Under the pieces are notes generated by a model. It did no database searches and was not told the origin of the DNA. It saw only the letters and a list, made by a program, of their open reading frames with translations. Below are positions 35,895 to 44,916 of a stretch of DNA of 54,667 nt, in pieces. Position numbers and translations under genes: made by a program. Source of the DNA: a virus (taxonomy: Duplodnaviria; Caudoviricetes); IMG/VR virus record IMGVR_UViG_3300042484_001283, positions 1 to 54,667 of that record; one strand, 5' to 3'. Positions within the stretch are counted from its first letter, which is position 1; each line of letters starts with the position of its first letter.

Positions 35895-38535
35895 ATCCGA
35901 AAGATCTTCTATTCTGGAATCGTTGCCAACTACTGTCTTCAGTTCTGACTGTATCCATTGGTAGAGAACCACCACCATTATTCTGTTGTGGTGCAGCAGG
36001 TTGCTGAATTACGGTTGGTGGCGGGACATTAATAACTGGTGCAGTATCTTCCTTTGCACTTTCAGTCATTTCTTTTAGATTTGCTGCAGCATTATTGGAT
36101 CCTGTTTCCAAATTACTCTTAGTAACTGGATTGGTCTTAATCACACCAGCACTATTCGGTGAGAATAACTCAGGACCATTTTCTCCAACCAGATAAGAAC
36201 CATTAGCAGACACTGGTCCACCTTCTGCTCTTGCTCCATCAATAGGTTCGATTGTTCCCTCGGTTGAATCTTCGTTGCCTGCTCTGGAAATATCTCTTGC
36301 TGCAAGTCCAGCATCAATAGCAACCGATGCAGCAGTTCCCAATCCAGGAAGTGTAGAAGCGACACCAGACGCAACTTCACCAGCAGCACCAGCAAAGTCT
36401 CCTTGTAGTGCTCGCATCGCACCAAATCCGAGACCAGCAACTGCACCAATGATTGGAATTTTCTTCAGCAAGGATTTACCAACTGCTTTAGCACCAATTT
36501 TAGCTACTGCTTTGCCGCCAATTTTACTTGTTGCTTTGGCAATTCCTTTACCAGCAGAAGATGCCATTGCTTTCTCAGCAACTTTTCCGATGGCACCCTT
36601 TGCCGAACCGAGCATACCCATACCACTTTGGGCAACTTTACCGAGGGTGCTTCCCTTGGCGACTTCTTTTCCGACAAATCCTGATGCTTTACCAAGCATC
36701 CCTTTGCCTTTTTCGACAACTCCCGCAGCACGATCTCTAAACACTTTACCGATTCGAGACTGTTTTGCAGCACCAGCAAGAGGGTTACCATTTTTGTCAA
36801 GCAGTTGTTGTGCGCCAAGACCTCTGTTCTTAATAAGGTCAGTCGCCTTTCCACGTAATGTATTTGCACGATCAGAGATAAAGTCAGTTGCCTTACTCTT
36901 AATTGCGTTTACACGACTGGTAACTTTCTCTGCAGCACCTTCAACAAAGTTGGTTCCTTTGCTGAATACACCCTCTGCCTTTTCAGCAAAGTTGGAAAGC
37001 CCAGGAGAATATCTTTGATTCTTCAGACCCTTCAATATTCCTTCGCCGCCAGATTTAAATCCAGCATACCCAGCAGCGATTCCGCCAAGTAGAGAAGATC
37101 CTCCTTCACCCTGTGCATCTGCATCACCTTGGGTACCTGCTGGTCCCTGCCCACCATTTCCAGTTGCAGGAGTCTCTGGTGTTACTCTAGAATTTGAGGA
37201 TTCTGTTCCTCCGATAACCACCTTTGGTATAGATTTTTCTTTTGCCTCTACCTTCGCAGATGCCTTTTCAGCATTTTGTTTATCAATATTTTCCGCACGT
37301 TTTTGGGCATCAGCAGATGCTTGCTCTGCTTCTACTTCTGCTACTTTGTTACGATTCATAACTTCTTTTACGTTGGAACTTGGATCCAACTGCTTTTTAC
37401 CTGAAGGTGCAACTCCAGCACGTTTTTTATCGAACAACTTGTCTTTGATTTCTATGATGATGTCTTTGATTTCATTTAAGATAGATGCAACATCATTCTT
37501 ATCATCGGATGCAATTCCACCCCTAGCAGACTGAATCTTTACCTTTGGTTGTTGAGATTCTTTATACTTTGTTTCAAGAGTTTTATTAATCTCTACCATC
37601 GAAACAGGTTTACCTTCTTTTCTATACGAGATATCTTTCTCGGAAGATGGTTTGATATCCTGCTGCTCTAGAATTTTTTTCTGTTCTTCGGTAAGATTAG
37701 ACATCTTATCGACAGATTTGAATTCTGCTATAGACTGTTTTGTAGATTGAGAAGTAGACTGGTTTGTTTTCGTCTTACTATTAATTGCGTCAGAGAACAT
37801 TTTCTTCAACTGTTCTACTTCTGAGACCTTTTCGTTAGATTGGTTTACCTCGTTGCGAATTTCTTCTCGGCGAGATTCTTGAGAGTTGAATATGCTACCA
37901 AGAACTCCGCTTTGAGGTGTCAATCCTCTTTTGAATCCACCCATGAATTCACTACCAGCGTTTTTAAATCCTTCTTTGAACCCTTTGGTTGGCGTGCCTT
38001 CTCTTCCAGGTTCTTTTGAGTTTCCAAAAAATTGTTGCTTCAATCTATTGCCGAATGTATCATCTTCTCCTTTTAGAGTCAATCCTTCCGACTTAAATCG
38101 TTCATCCAGTGTTTGATTTTGAAGATTCTTTCCAATATCACCGAATTCTTTTGGTCCATCACTCTCGCTTCTAGCAATCATTTTTGCTGCGAGATCGTTA
38201 ATATCTTTTAGAGAGTTTTTAAATTCTTCGACAGTCTTGAATTGCAATTTTGTGATTGCATCCAAGGTATCTTCTAAAAGTTTCTTATCTTGTTTCTCTA
38301 AAGATCTTAGTGTGTCGTCAGTATTCTTTTCAATAGATTCAACAAAACTATTGACTAATCTTGCGGATGCTTGTATATCTGCAGGTCTGTTTTTGTTGAG
38401 ATCAAGAAGTTTGCGAATTTCAGAAAACTGTTTGTCCCTGTCGCCAGATTGCATTGGTTTTGCCCCAGAACTTGAATTGTTCTTGGCGGTTTCTATTACC
38501 TTGGCAAATCTTTCCGAAGTGGACTTAGGTTCCAT
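35893..38535 (-). CDS. Tape measure / baseplate hub protein (gp29-like)
   Basis: 880 aa; helical charged N-terminus, Gly/Ala/Lys-rich region, RAEGGPV...YLVGENGPELF; follows gp26 and gp51. Confidence 0.75.
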   Translation of the reverse strand: MEPKSTSERFAKVIETAKNNSSSGAKPMQSGDRDKQFSEIRKLLDLNKNRPADIQASARLVNSFVESIEKNTDDTLRSLEKQDKKLLEDTLDAITKLQFKTVEEFKNSLKDINDLAAKMIARSESDGPKEFGDIGKNLQNQTLDERFKSEGLTLKGEDDTFGNRLKQQFFGNSKEPGREGTPTKGFKEGFKNAGSEFMGGFKRGLTPQSGVLGSIFNSQESRREEIRNEVNQSNEKVSEVEQLKKMFSDAINSKTKTNQSTSQSTKQSIAEFKSVDKMSNLTEEQKKILEQQDIKPSSEKDISYRKEGKPVSMVEINKTLETKYKESQQPKVKIQSARGGIASDDKNDVASILNEIKDIIIEIKDKLFDKKRAGVAPSGKKQLDPSSNVKEVMNRNKVAEVEAEQASADAQKRAENIDKQNAEKASAKVEAKEKSIPKVVIGGTESSNSRVTPETPATGNGGQGPAGTQGDADAQGEGGSSLLGGIAAGYAGFKSGGEGILKGLKNQRYSPGLSNFAEKAEGVFSKGTNFVEGAAEKVTSRVNAIKSKATDFISDRANTLRGKATDLIKNRGLGAQQLLDKNGNPLAGAAKQSRIGKVFRDRAAGVVEKGKGMLGKASGFVGKEVAKGSTLGKVAQSGMGMLGSAKGAIGKVAEKAMASSAGKGIAKATSKIGGKAVAKIGAKAVGKSLLKKIPIIGAVAGLGFGAMRALQGDFAGAAGEVASGVASTLPGLGTAASVAIDAGLAARDISRAGNEDSTEGTIEPIDGARAEGGPVSANGSYLVGENGPELFSPNSAGVIKTNPVTKSNLETGSNNAAANLKEMTESAKEDTAPVINVPPPTVIQQPAAPQQNNGGGSLPMDTVRTEDSSWQRFQNRRSFG

Positions 38536-38717
38536 TAATTCTGCTGCCTTTGCTTATCTGCTTTTTCTTTTAAATGTATTGATAATAAACCAACATAAAC
38601 TTCCCTTTCCCAAGGCATCATATTTTCAAGTTCACTTAATGAGTATTTATGCTCATGCATTAAAATAAAGTTGGTCTTATAATGATTCCTCAAATTATCA
38701 TGAGAAAGGGTTATTCG
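38535..38717 (-). CDS. gp51: gp51-like baseplate hub assembly chaperone (likely reached by -1 frameshift from gp26; first ATG at 38660)
   Basis: Frame reads RITLSHDNLRNHYKTNFILMHEHKYSLSELENMMPWEREVYVGLL...N*; TAATG overlap with the tape measure gene. Confidence 0.8.
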   Translation of the reverse strand, partial: RITLSHDNLRNHYKTNFILMHEHKYSLSELENMMPWEREVYVGLLSIHLKEKADKQRQQN

Positions 38718-39391
38718 AAAAAACTTTCTACTCCATCAAGGAAAACAACGTTGTGTGTTGAACAACTTGGGCAATCATATTCAATCTTGTGCTCGATTCT
38801 GGGCATAGAGAGGAAGAATTCTGTAATCTTCTTAAACTGATCGGAAGTTAGATTGTCAACGAATTGCTCTACATCTTTTCTTTGGAGATCTTTGGTAGTG
38901 AAAACTTCGTCGGCAGTATATACACTGTCGATACAAGAAACAACCAGATCGTATGTTGTAGAGTCACCCTTCATATCGATTGAGGTTGGATACCTCATAA
39001 TAACTCCAAGACCGTTGCCAACATCAATCTTATTTGTATGACCCTCGGTAAGCGTCGGTTTGATTGTTGTTAGATCAAGTTCCGCTGCAGTCTTGTGACC
39101 ACATTCACCACAAACCAAATTAAACTCAGTTACCTGACCAATAGATTCGGATCGAAGTTTAATAAAGATATTCTGAAGTTCAAAGAATGGTAGTTCGCTG
39201 CCAGTCAGTTTACCGAAACTACAAACATCTGTAATTTCTTGCATCGCATTTAGCATCTCGCTTTGGTCTTCAGATTCCGATGCCAGAATCAGTAACTTTT
39301 CTTCTTTGACCAAAAATGGTCTGAATTTAACTTTTTCTTTAGTCCCAATCATTTCAATGTAAAACGTTGGTGTTTCCATAACAGGTAACAT
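38711..39391 (-). CDS. gp26: Baseplate hub assembly protein gp26
   Basis: FRPFLVKEEKLL, LRSESIG, CxxC twice, MRYP, C-terminal SFF. Confidence 0.9.
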   Translation of the reverse strand: MLPVMETPTFYIEMIGTKEKVKFRPFLVKEEKLLILASESEDQSEMLNAMQEITDVCSFGKLTGSELPFFELQNIFIKLRSESIGQVTEFNLVCGECGHKTAAELDLTTIKPTLTEGHTNKIDVGNGLGVIMRYPTSIDMKGDSTTYDLVVSCIDSVYTADEVFTTKDLQRKDVEQFVDNLTSDQFKKITEFFLSMPRIEHKIEYDCPSCSTHNVVFLDGVESFFE

Positions 39392-39422
39392 AATATTCTC
39401 CTAATAAATATAAAAAACTAAA

Positions 39423-40136
39423 TTAACTAGAACCACCCTCTAGAGCGTTCTGTTGCCCAAGTAATCCGCCAACAACATTTGCACCCTTTTGCACAACATT
39501 TTGATCCTGATACCAATTCCTAAATGTAAAGGTTACTGGTATTCTAACAAATTGTGTGTTGGACCATGCCAATGAAGCAGGTGCCATTGATCTTGGCCAT
39601 GCTTCTTCGATAATCCACTTATTCGTTACTTCGTCTTGTTGGTTCAATGAGTATAATTCTATTTGACATATATAATCTTCATATGGAAGAACATATCTTT
39701 TTTCTGGATCTACTATTTTGCGCATCCATGTGTCAAAATATTTCTTTACTGCCCAGTTGCTGTCACACAAAAAGGTAAACGTTGCAGATTCGCCATTGTA
39801 GTCTAGAAAGGTAGCACGATTTTCAACACGGTTGTTATACTTGTATGGTTTAGATCCCATCATTAATCCAGGAAAGATTGCTTCTTCACACATAAGTGAA
39901 ATATTTTGCGTATTAGCGTTCTCTGGAGAGTTTTTCGACCCAGCAAGAAACTTCGTCGCATCGTTTATGCTAAAATTCAATACTGGGATTTTGGCATCCA
40001 AAATTTTATTGACGATGGTATTTGCTACACCATTCATGCATTTCGGTGTTCCGATAATTACTTCGAATCTGTGCGATCTTGCCAAGTCCTTCGTGCCAAC
40101 TTCTGCTAGGAACTCTTTGAGTCCTTGTCCTGCCAT
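39423..40136 (-). CDS. Tail tube-like / tube initiator protein (gp54/gp19 fold)
   Basis: LARSHRFEV, CEEAIFPG, YFDTW, EAWP, VTFTFRNW. Confidence 0.75.
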   Translation of the reverse strand: MAGQGLKEFLAEVGTKDLARSHRFEVIIGTPKCMNGVANTIVNKILDAKIPVLNFSINDATKFLAGSKNSPENANTQNISLMCEEAIFPGLMMGSKPYKYNNRVENRATFLDYNGESATFTFLCDSNWAVKKYFDTWMRKIVDPEKRYVLPYEDYICQIELYSLNQQDEVTNKWIIEEAWPRSMAPASLAWSNTQFVRIPVTFTFRNWYQDQNVVQKGANVVGGLLGQQNALEGGSS

Positions 40137-40708
40137 TAGTATTTACTCCTCGAGTCTCTGAATACTTCTTCTTTTGTTTTTTTCTGGAATGCTTCAAGAG
40201 GTAAAAATATGGCACTTTTCCAGTCGGCAGGATTTATCTTCATAAATCTTGATTGAACATGTGTAGTTAAATAATGCTTGATGCAAGGTTTAACTTCGCT
40301 TGCACTGCTTATGCCTTGTAACATTTGATACGACATTCTAATTTTAGTTGTAGGACTAAAGGTTTTGGAGTCTGCAAATTTTAGCAACTCACCAAGAATC
40401 TTTCCTCTAACTAAATACGGTGCATAGTGTAGATTGATACCGTAAAACCCTCCTGGTGCTGGACCAAATGGCAGCACTAACGGGAAGGCATCATAGAATG
40501 GCAACTCATTTTTCCATTTCGGATCGTAATAGTACATATACATCGAACCAATTTCGATGTTTGACTTTAGTTCTCCGATGTCAGATTGCATGACTGAGTT
40601 CGACGTTAAACTCGCGCCGACTAATTTTTGAGCATTGCGCATATACCACCAGATAGACTTTTGTCCATCTCCAGCTTTAGCACGAAGGTTTTCGAACGGA
40701 TTTGCCAT
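40136..40708 (-). CDS. gp2: DNA end protector gp2
   Basis: YYYDPKWKNELPFYDAFPLV, GINLHY, PCIKHYL, AIFLP. Confidence 0.9.
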   Translation of the reverse strand: MANPFENLRAKAGDGQKSIWWYMRNAQKLVGASLTSNSVMQSDIGELKSNIEIGSMYMYYYDPKWKNELPFYDAFPLVLPFGPAPGGFYGINLHYAPYLVRGKILGELLKFADSKTFSPTTKIRMSYQMLQGISSASEVKPCIKHYLTTHVQSRFMKINPADWKSAIFLPLEAFQKKTKEEVFRDSRSKY

Positions 40709-40713
40709 AATAA

Positions 40714-41157
40714 CTATTTATTCGTTATTCCCAATTCTTTTTCAGTTAATATAAGAAATTTCCATGTTCTATCAAGACAGAACTCGGTTGCTGCTTTCCA
40801 CTTTGCTTGATTCACACCCCAAGTCATTACTTCTTGAAGAAACTGTTTTGTTTTTCTTTTTGGGATTTTTGGTTCTCGTGTAAATTTAGCAGGTTTAATT
40901 TCAATTAAATAACGTTGATTATTGACTTTGATATAGAAGTCGACGAAGTATCTATGGACTCTTCCATCAACAGGGGATCTATATGGTATCGCAAGTTCTT
41001 CTGATCCCCACTCGGAAACACTATCATTTGCATCACACCACTTCATAAACTTCAATTCATAACTTGAACGGAAAATGATGTTGGTCGGATCCCCAATATA
41101 CTTATTGGGTTTTTGAATATTGTATCTACCTTTTAAGGAATCTCTTGAATAAACCAT
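40714..41157 (-). CDS. gp4: Head completion nuclease gp4
   Basis: KYIGDPTNIIFRSSYE, WGSEE, HRYFVDF, EIKP, NQAKW, ILTE; start at MVYSRD. Confidence 0.9.
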   Translation of the reverse strand: MVYSRDSLKGRYNIQKPNKYIGDPTNIIFRSSYELKFMKWCDANDSVSEWGSEELAIPYRSPVDGRVHRYFVDFYIKVNNQRYLIEIKPAKFTREPKIPKRKTKQFLQEVMTWGVNQAKWKAATEFCLDRTWKFLILTEKELGITNK

Positions 41158-41196
41158 ATAAATATAAGAAAATAACCAATCTAAGGGATATTTATA
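41157..41196. promoter_or_regulatory. Pair of face-to-face T4 late promoters
   Basis: TATAAATA on + at 41157-41164 and on - at 41189-41196. Confidence 0.8.
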
Positions 41197-41197
41197 A

Positions 41198-42310
41198 GTG
41201 GCAGATAAAGAAGAATTTACTGACAAAGATCCAAGAGCGGGATTTGTTAATGGCACTGCTGGAGTTCAAGGTGCGATACGGTATCCACTTGATTTGGAAG
41301 ATCAGTCCCCACATTATATTATCTTCTATCCACTAGTAAGAGAAGATTCGCGTCTCGGTAAATCCTTTAAAAATGCAGGTGCTGCCGTTTTTGATAAGAG
41401 TGCAGAAAATGTTACTGATCCAAAACTCGCTACAAAAGTGGCGGCTGCTCAGGGTGCAGGTATTGGCGCTGGTCTTGGTATCGCTGAACAGTTGGCTAAG
41501 GGTGGAGGTAAAAATGCAGGTGGGGTATCTTTACTTTCTAGACTTGGTAGTGTAGCTGCCAAAACCTTTGGGGGAGGGGTTGCGGGTGTCGTAGCTAACG
41601 CAGTGGCAGGCGGAAGTCAGGAACTATATCGAGGTGCTGGTGCGATTGCTCTTCAGATGCCTGAAAATAAAATGTCTTCTGGATATAAAGCAACGTGGGA
41701 AGCAGAAAGTATGGGTACGCTGCTCGGTGCGATCGGATCTGGTAATAGATCTTTATTGGGTGCGGCGAATCCATTAAGTCCAGATAATATGAAACTGGCA
41801 CTACGTTCTGGTGGTAAACTTGCAAAAGTTTTAGGCGGTAATGTGACTGATGTCAATAGAGTATTAGAAAATAATACTAAGAGTGTGCCGAATCCATATA
41901 AAGAACAATTTTTCAGATCAATGTCGAATAGAACATTCATGTTTGAATACAATTTCGCTCCGAGAAGTTTAAAAGAAGCAGAGGCAGTTTTTAGTCGTAA
42001 AACTGGGGCGGCGGGAGATGGTATGGGAATCATTCAAAAGTTCGCATATCATATGCACCCAGAACTCAAAGACTCGGGATACTTCTTTAACTATCCATCT
42101 GAATTTTCTATCGTTTATTATAATGCAGGAAAAGAAAATACATATGTTCGTAAAATTTCGACGTGTGTTCTTACTAATATGACAGTAGACTATGGTAGCG
42201 ACACTGGATTTACATCGTTCGAAGAAGGTATGCCGACACATGCTACTATGCGATTAGAATTTTTAGAACTAGAACTTATGACCGCACAAAGAGTTTATCA
42301 AGGATTTTAA
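41198..42310 (+). CDS. gp48: Baseplate tail-tube cap gp48
   Basis: RYPLD, NPYKEQFF, RTFMFEYNFAPRS, YPSEF, CVLTNMTVDY, LEFLELE. Confidence 0.85.
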   Translation: MADKEEFTDKDPRAGFVNGTAGVQGAIRYPLDLEDQSPHYIIFYPLVREDSRLGKSFKNAGAAVFDKSAENVTDPKLATKVAAAQGAGIGAGLGIAEQLAKGGGKNAGGVSLLSRLGSVAAKTFGGGVAGVVANAVAGGSQELYRGAGAIALQMPENKMSSGYKATWEAESMGTLLGAIGSGNRSLLGAANPLSPDNMKLALRSGGKLAKVLGGNVTDVNRVLENNTKSVPNPYKEQFFRSMSNRTFMFEYNFAPRSLKEAEAVFSRKTGAAGDGMGIIQKFAYHMHPELKDSGYFFNYPSEFSIVYYNAGKENTYVRKISTCVLTNMTVDYGSDTGFTSFEEGMPTHATMRLEFLELELMTAQRVYQGF

Positions 42311-42311
42311 A

Positions 42312-42842
42312 ATGTATTTTAGACAATTTCCAGTATTACGAGGAAAGTTCGATGGTACCTATAAGGGTGTCACGGATATTTTCTTGCGAGTCGCACCACA
42401 AAATCCTATTAAAAAAATAGAATTTTTAGAAACAACTTATGTTCGAGATGGAGAAACTCCAGAATTACTAGCATATAAAATGTATGATAGAGAAGATTAT
42501 CATTGGATTTTAATATTGATCAATAATATCGTCGATGTTCGCGAAGAATGGCCGAGAAAAGAAAGAGATCTTTATTCTTATTGCCTAGAAAAGTATGGTG
42601 AGAATAATATCTATCAGGCAGTGCATCACTACAGAACGACAGATAAACTAGTATTGCAGGGTGTACCAAAGGGAATTATTGTTGATTACGATGGAGCAAA
42701 GATTTCATCTGGTGAACATGAACCAGTTTCAAACTGGGATTATGAATTCGAATTAAACGAAGACAAACGAGAAATTAAGTATATCCCTAAGAATTTACTT
42801 GGCAAATTTGTTTCGGAATTCCAACGAATAATTAGAGCATAA
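42312..42842 (+). CDS. gp53: Baseplate wedge protein gp53 (LysM-like)
   Basis: YFRQFP, GETPELLAYKMY, HWILILINNI, WP, NEDKREIK. Confidence 0.88.
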   Translation: MYFRQFPVLRGKFDGTYKGVTDIFLRVAPQNPIKKIEFLETTYVRDGETPELLAYKMYDREDYHWILILINNIVDVREEWPRKERDLYSYCLEKYGENNIYQAVHHYRTTDKLVLQGVPKGIIVDYDGAKISSGEHEPVSNWDYEFELNEDKREIKYIPKNLLGKFVSEFQRIIRA

Positions 42843-42843
42843 T

Positions 42844-44859
42844 ATGGCAGTAGATTCTAATTCAAAATCATTATCAAATCCTGGTGACGTAACATTTAAG
42901 ACTGTTGAAATTCAAAGTGTCAACGGTGACATTCTTGACATCAAAAATTTTGTCGTCGAACTAAACATCTATGAGGATATATTCTCAAACGCACTACAAG
43001 GTGTGTTGATGGTTGTAGATTCGAAAGAACTTATATCTGGGTTGCCTCTAGTCGGCGACGAACTGTTGAATATTTGGATACAAACTCCAACCTTTGGTGA
43101 TGGATACGGCGACAGTATCAAAAAAACTTTCTCAATTTATTCTATTAAGAATAGAATGCTTAATGCTGACCGTGAGCAAATGTACTCATTATATTTTTGT
43201 TCTATGGAAGCAGTCAGCGATAATATCACACAAGTCAGTAAAAAGTATGAGGGTACTACAGACGAAATTGCAGACAAACTGTATACGGAGTTTTTAAAAC
43301 AAAAACGCTGTTTCGGCGGTATCGATAATAAAGACGAAACCCCAATGATTATCGCAGATACTCCACATGAAGGTAAGATTGCTTTCGTAGCAAATATGTG
43401 GTCTCCATTTCGCTGTCTCAATTATGTTGCGCAGAGATCTATCGGAGCAAAACAAAAAGCGCCAAGTTTCTTATTCTATGAAACCAAAACAGGATTTTAC
43501 TTCACTTCTATTGACAATTTAATCAAGAATCAGTTAGATGACAGTTCTGTATATGCAGAATATGTGTATTTACCGAAACCTGTTGATCCTACAATCGAGT
43601 TGGAAGATAAAGAAACAATACATACGGTGAAACCTGGATTAGACAAAGCATTTAGTACTGTATCAGATATTCGTTTCAGTGAACAGGTTGATATTCTGAA
43701 GTCACAAGACAATGGAAGATTTGCCAGCACTACCACAGTTTTTGATATTATGATCAAACAAGCAACGAATGCCCCGCACGATTATTCATATTCATATCCT
43801 GATATTGTTCATATGGAAAATTACAGAATTGAAAATGGTAAGGCAACATTTGATGAAGGAGCAAAGGATAATATGACATATCCTGCGAACGTAACTCGTT
43901 CAGCATTGTCTAAGCGTTTCTTCCGTCCCGTGCACAGAAAAGTTCTTACTACGAGCGACGACGATTTACTAGACTATTCACCAGATCTATGGTTGGGCAT
44001 GCGCCAAAGCGTTCTTGAAGATATTTCTGGATTGCGAATGCACATCACGGTTCCTGGAAGAACGGATGCTGAGGTTGGTAAGATTATCAATTTCAAATAT
44101 CCTAAAGTTGGAGATGGCGCAGATAAATCAGATCCAAAGAACCAATGGGATCCGTTCCTTTCTGGTGTTTGGATGATCACTGCTATTCACCATAAAATTA
44201 CTCCAGTCGCGCACAATATGATTTTGGAAATTGCCAAGGATTCGTTCCATACAGCGTTCCAAGAAATTGATCGTGCACCACCACCGAATCCTCCTCCTCC
44301 TGCTGCTGCGGATGATCCCGAAAATTCTGGTGAACAATCTGGTGAACAAGCACAACAACAAAACGGTGCAACCCCAGCGTCTTCTGGACCAGTAAATAAA
44401 CAAGGGTGGGTTCACCCAACTGGTGGCATAGGACGAATTACCAGTGCTTATGGTGACACTAGTCGACCGAAAGGAGGTTCGAACCCGCATTTGGGTATGG
44501 ATATTGGAAGGCAACTTTCTCCTGCAAAGGAGATTAATGGACAAGTTGTTTATTCTGTCTTAGACGGTGTAGTTCTCTTGGCAGGATGGCAATCATCAGA
44601 TCACAAGTCGGGTGGCGGGGTTCGTGTGCTCATCCAGCATAAAGACAGAAATCTGACATCCTTTTATGGACATTTAAAGGAAGGTTCTTTGATGGTTAAG
44701 GTCGGAGATAAGGTAAAGGCTGGACAACCAATTGGGCGTGTCAATAACTCTGGATCCTCTACAGCTGCCCACTTACACTTTCAGTTGCATAAAGGACTTA
44801 ATGGTGCTGGTCAAAAAATTGACCCGCTTCCTTATCTGGCTCCATGGAAGGGGCGGTAA
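42844..44859 (+). CDS. Baseplate hub (gp27-like) fused to a C-terminal M23 peptidase
   Basis: IYEDIF, FLFYET, SGVWMITAIHH; Pro/Gln linker; M23 motifs HLGMD, YGHL, AHLHF. Confidence 0.8.
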   Translation: MAVDSNSKSLSNPGDVTFKTVEIQSVNGDILDIKNFVVELNIYEDIFSNALQGVLMVVDSKELISGLPLVGDELLNIWIQTPTFGDGYGDSIKKTFSIYSIKNRMLNADREQMYSLYFCSMEAVSDNITQVSKKYEGTTDEIADKLYTEFLKQKRCFGGIDNKDETPMIIADTPHEGKIAFVANMWSPFRCLNYVAQRSIGAKQKAPSFLFYETKTGFYFTSIDNLIKNQLDDSSVYAEYVYLPKPVDPTIELEDKETIHTVKPGLDKAFSTVSDIRFSEQVDILKSQDNGRFASTTTVFDIMIKQATNAPHDYSYSYPDIVHMENYRIENGKATFDEGAKDNMTYPANVTRSALSKRFFRPVHRKVLTTSDDDLLDYSPDLWLGMRQSVLEDISGLRMHITVPGRTDAEVGKIINFKYPKVGDGADKSDPKNQWDPFLSGVWMITAIHHKITPVAHNMILEIAKDSFHTAFQEIDRAPPPNPPPPAAADDPENSGEQSGEQAQQQNGATPASSGPVNKQGWVHPTGGIGRITSAYGDTSRPKGGSNPHLGMDIGRQLSPAKEINGQVVYSVLDGVVLLAGWQSSDHKSGGGVRVLIQHKDRNLTSFYGHLKEGSLMVKVGDKVKAGQPIGRVNNSGSSTAAHLHFQLHKGLNGAGQKIDPLPYLAPWKGR

Positions 44860-44916
44860 TGACAGATAATTTCTTTTCAAAATGGTGGCAGTAATGACAG
44901 ATAATTTCTTTTCAAA
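44852..44916 (+). repeat. Tandem duplication of the gp5 start region
   Basis: GTAATGACAGATAATTTCTTTTCAAA occurs at 44856-44881 and 44891-44916 (26 bp exact, period 35). Confidence 0.95.

Noticed and set aside
36275-37018. 247-aa plus-strand ORF
   Set aside because: Antisense shadow of the Gly/Ala/Lys-rich tape measure gene; no SD or recognisable motif
39403-39410. AATAAATA on the plus strand between gp26 and the tube-like gene
   Set aside because: Points antisense with no downstream gene; likely chance in an AT-rich spacer
41158-41256. Upstream extension of gp4 given in the ORF track
   Set aside because: Overlaps gp48 and lies upstream of the minus-strand late promoter; ATG 41157 fits better
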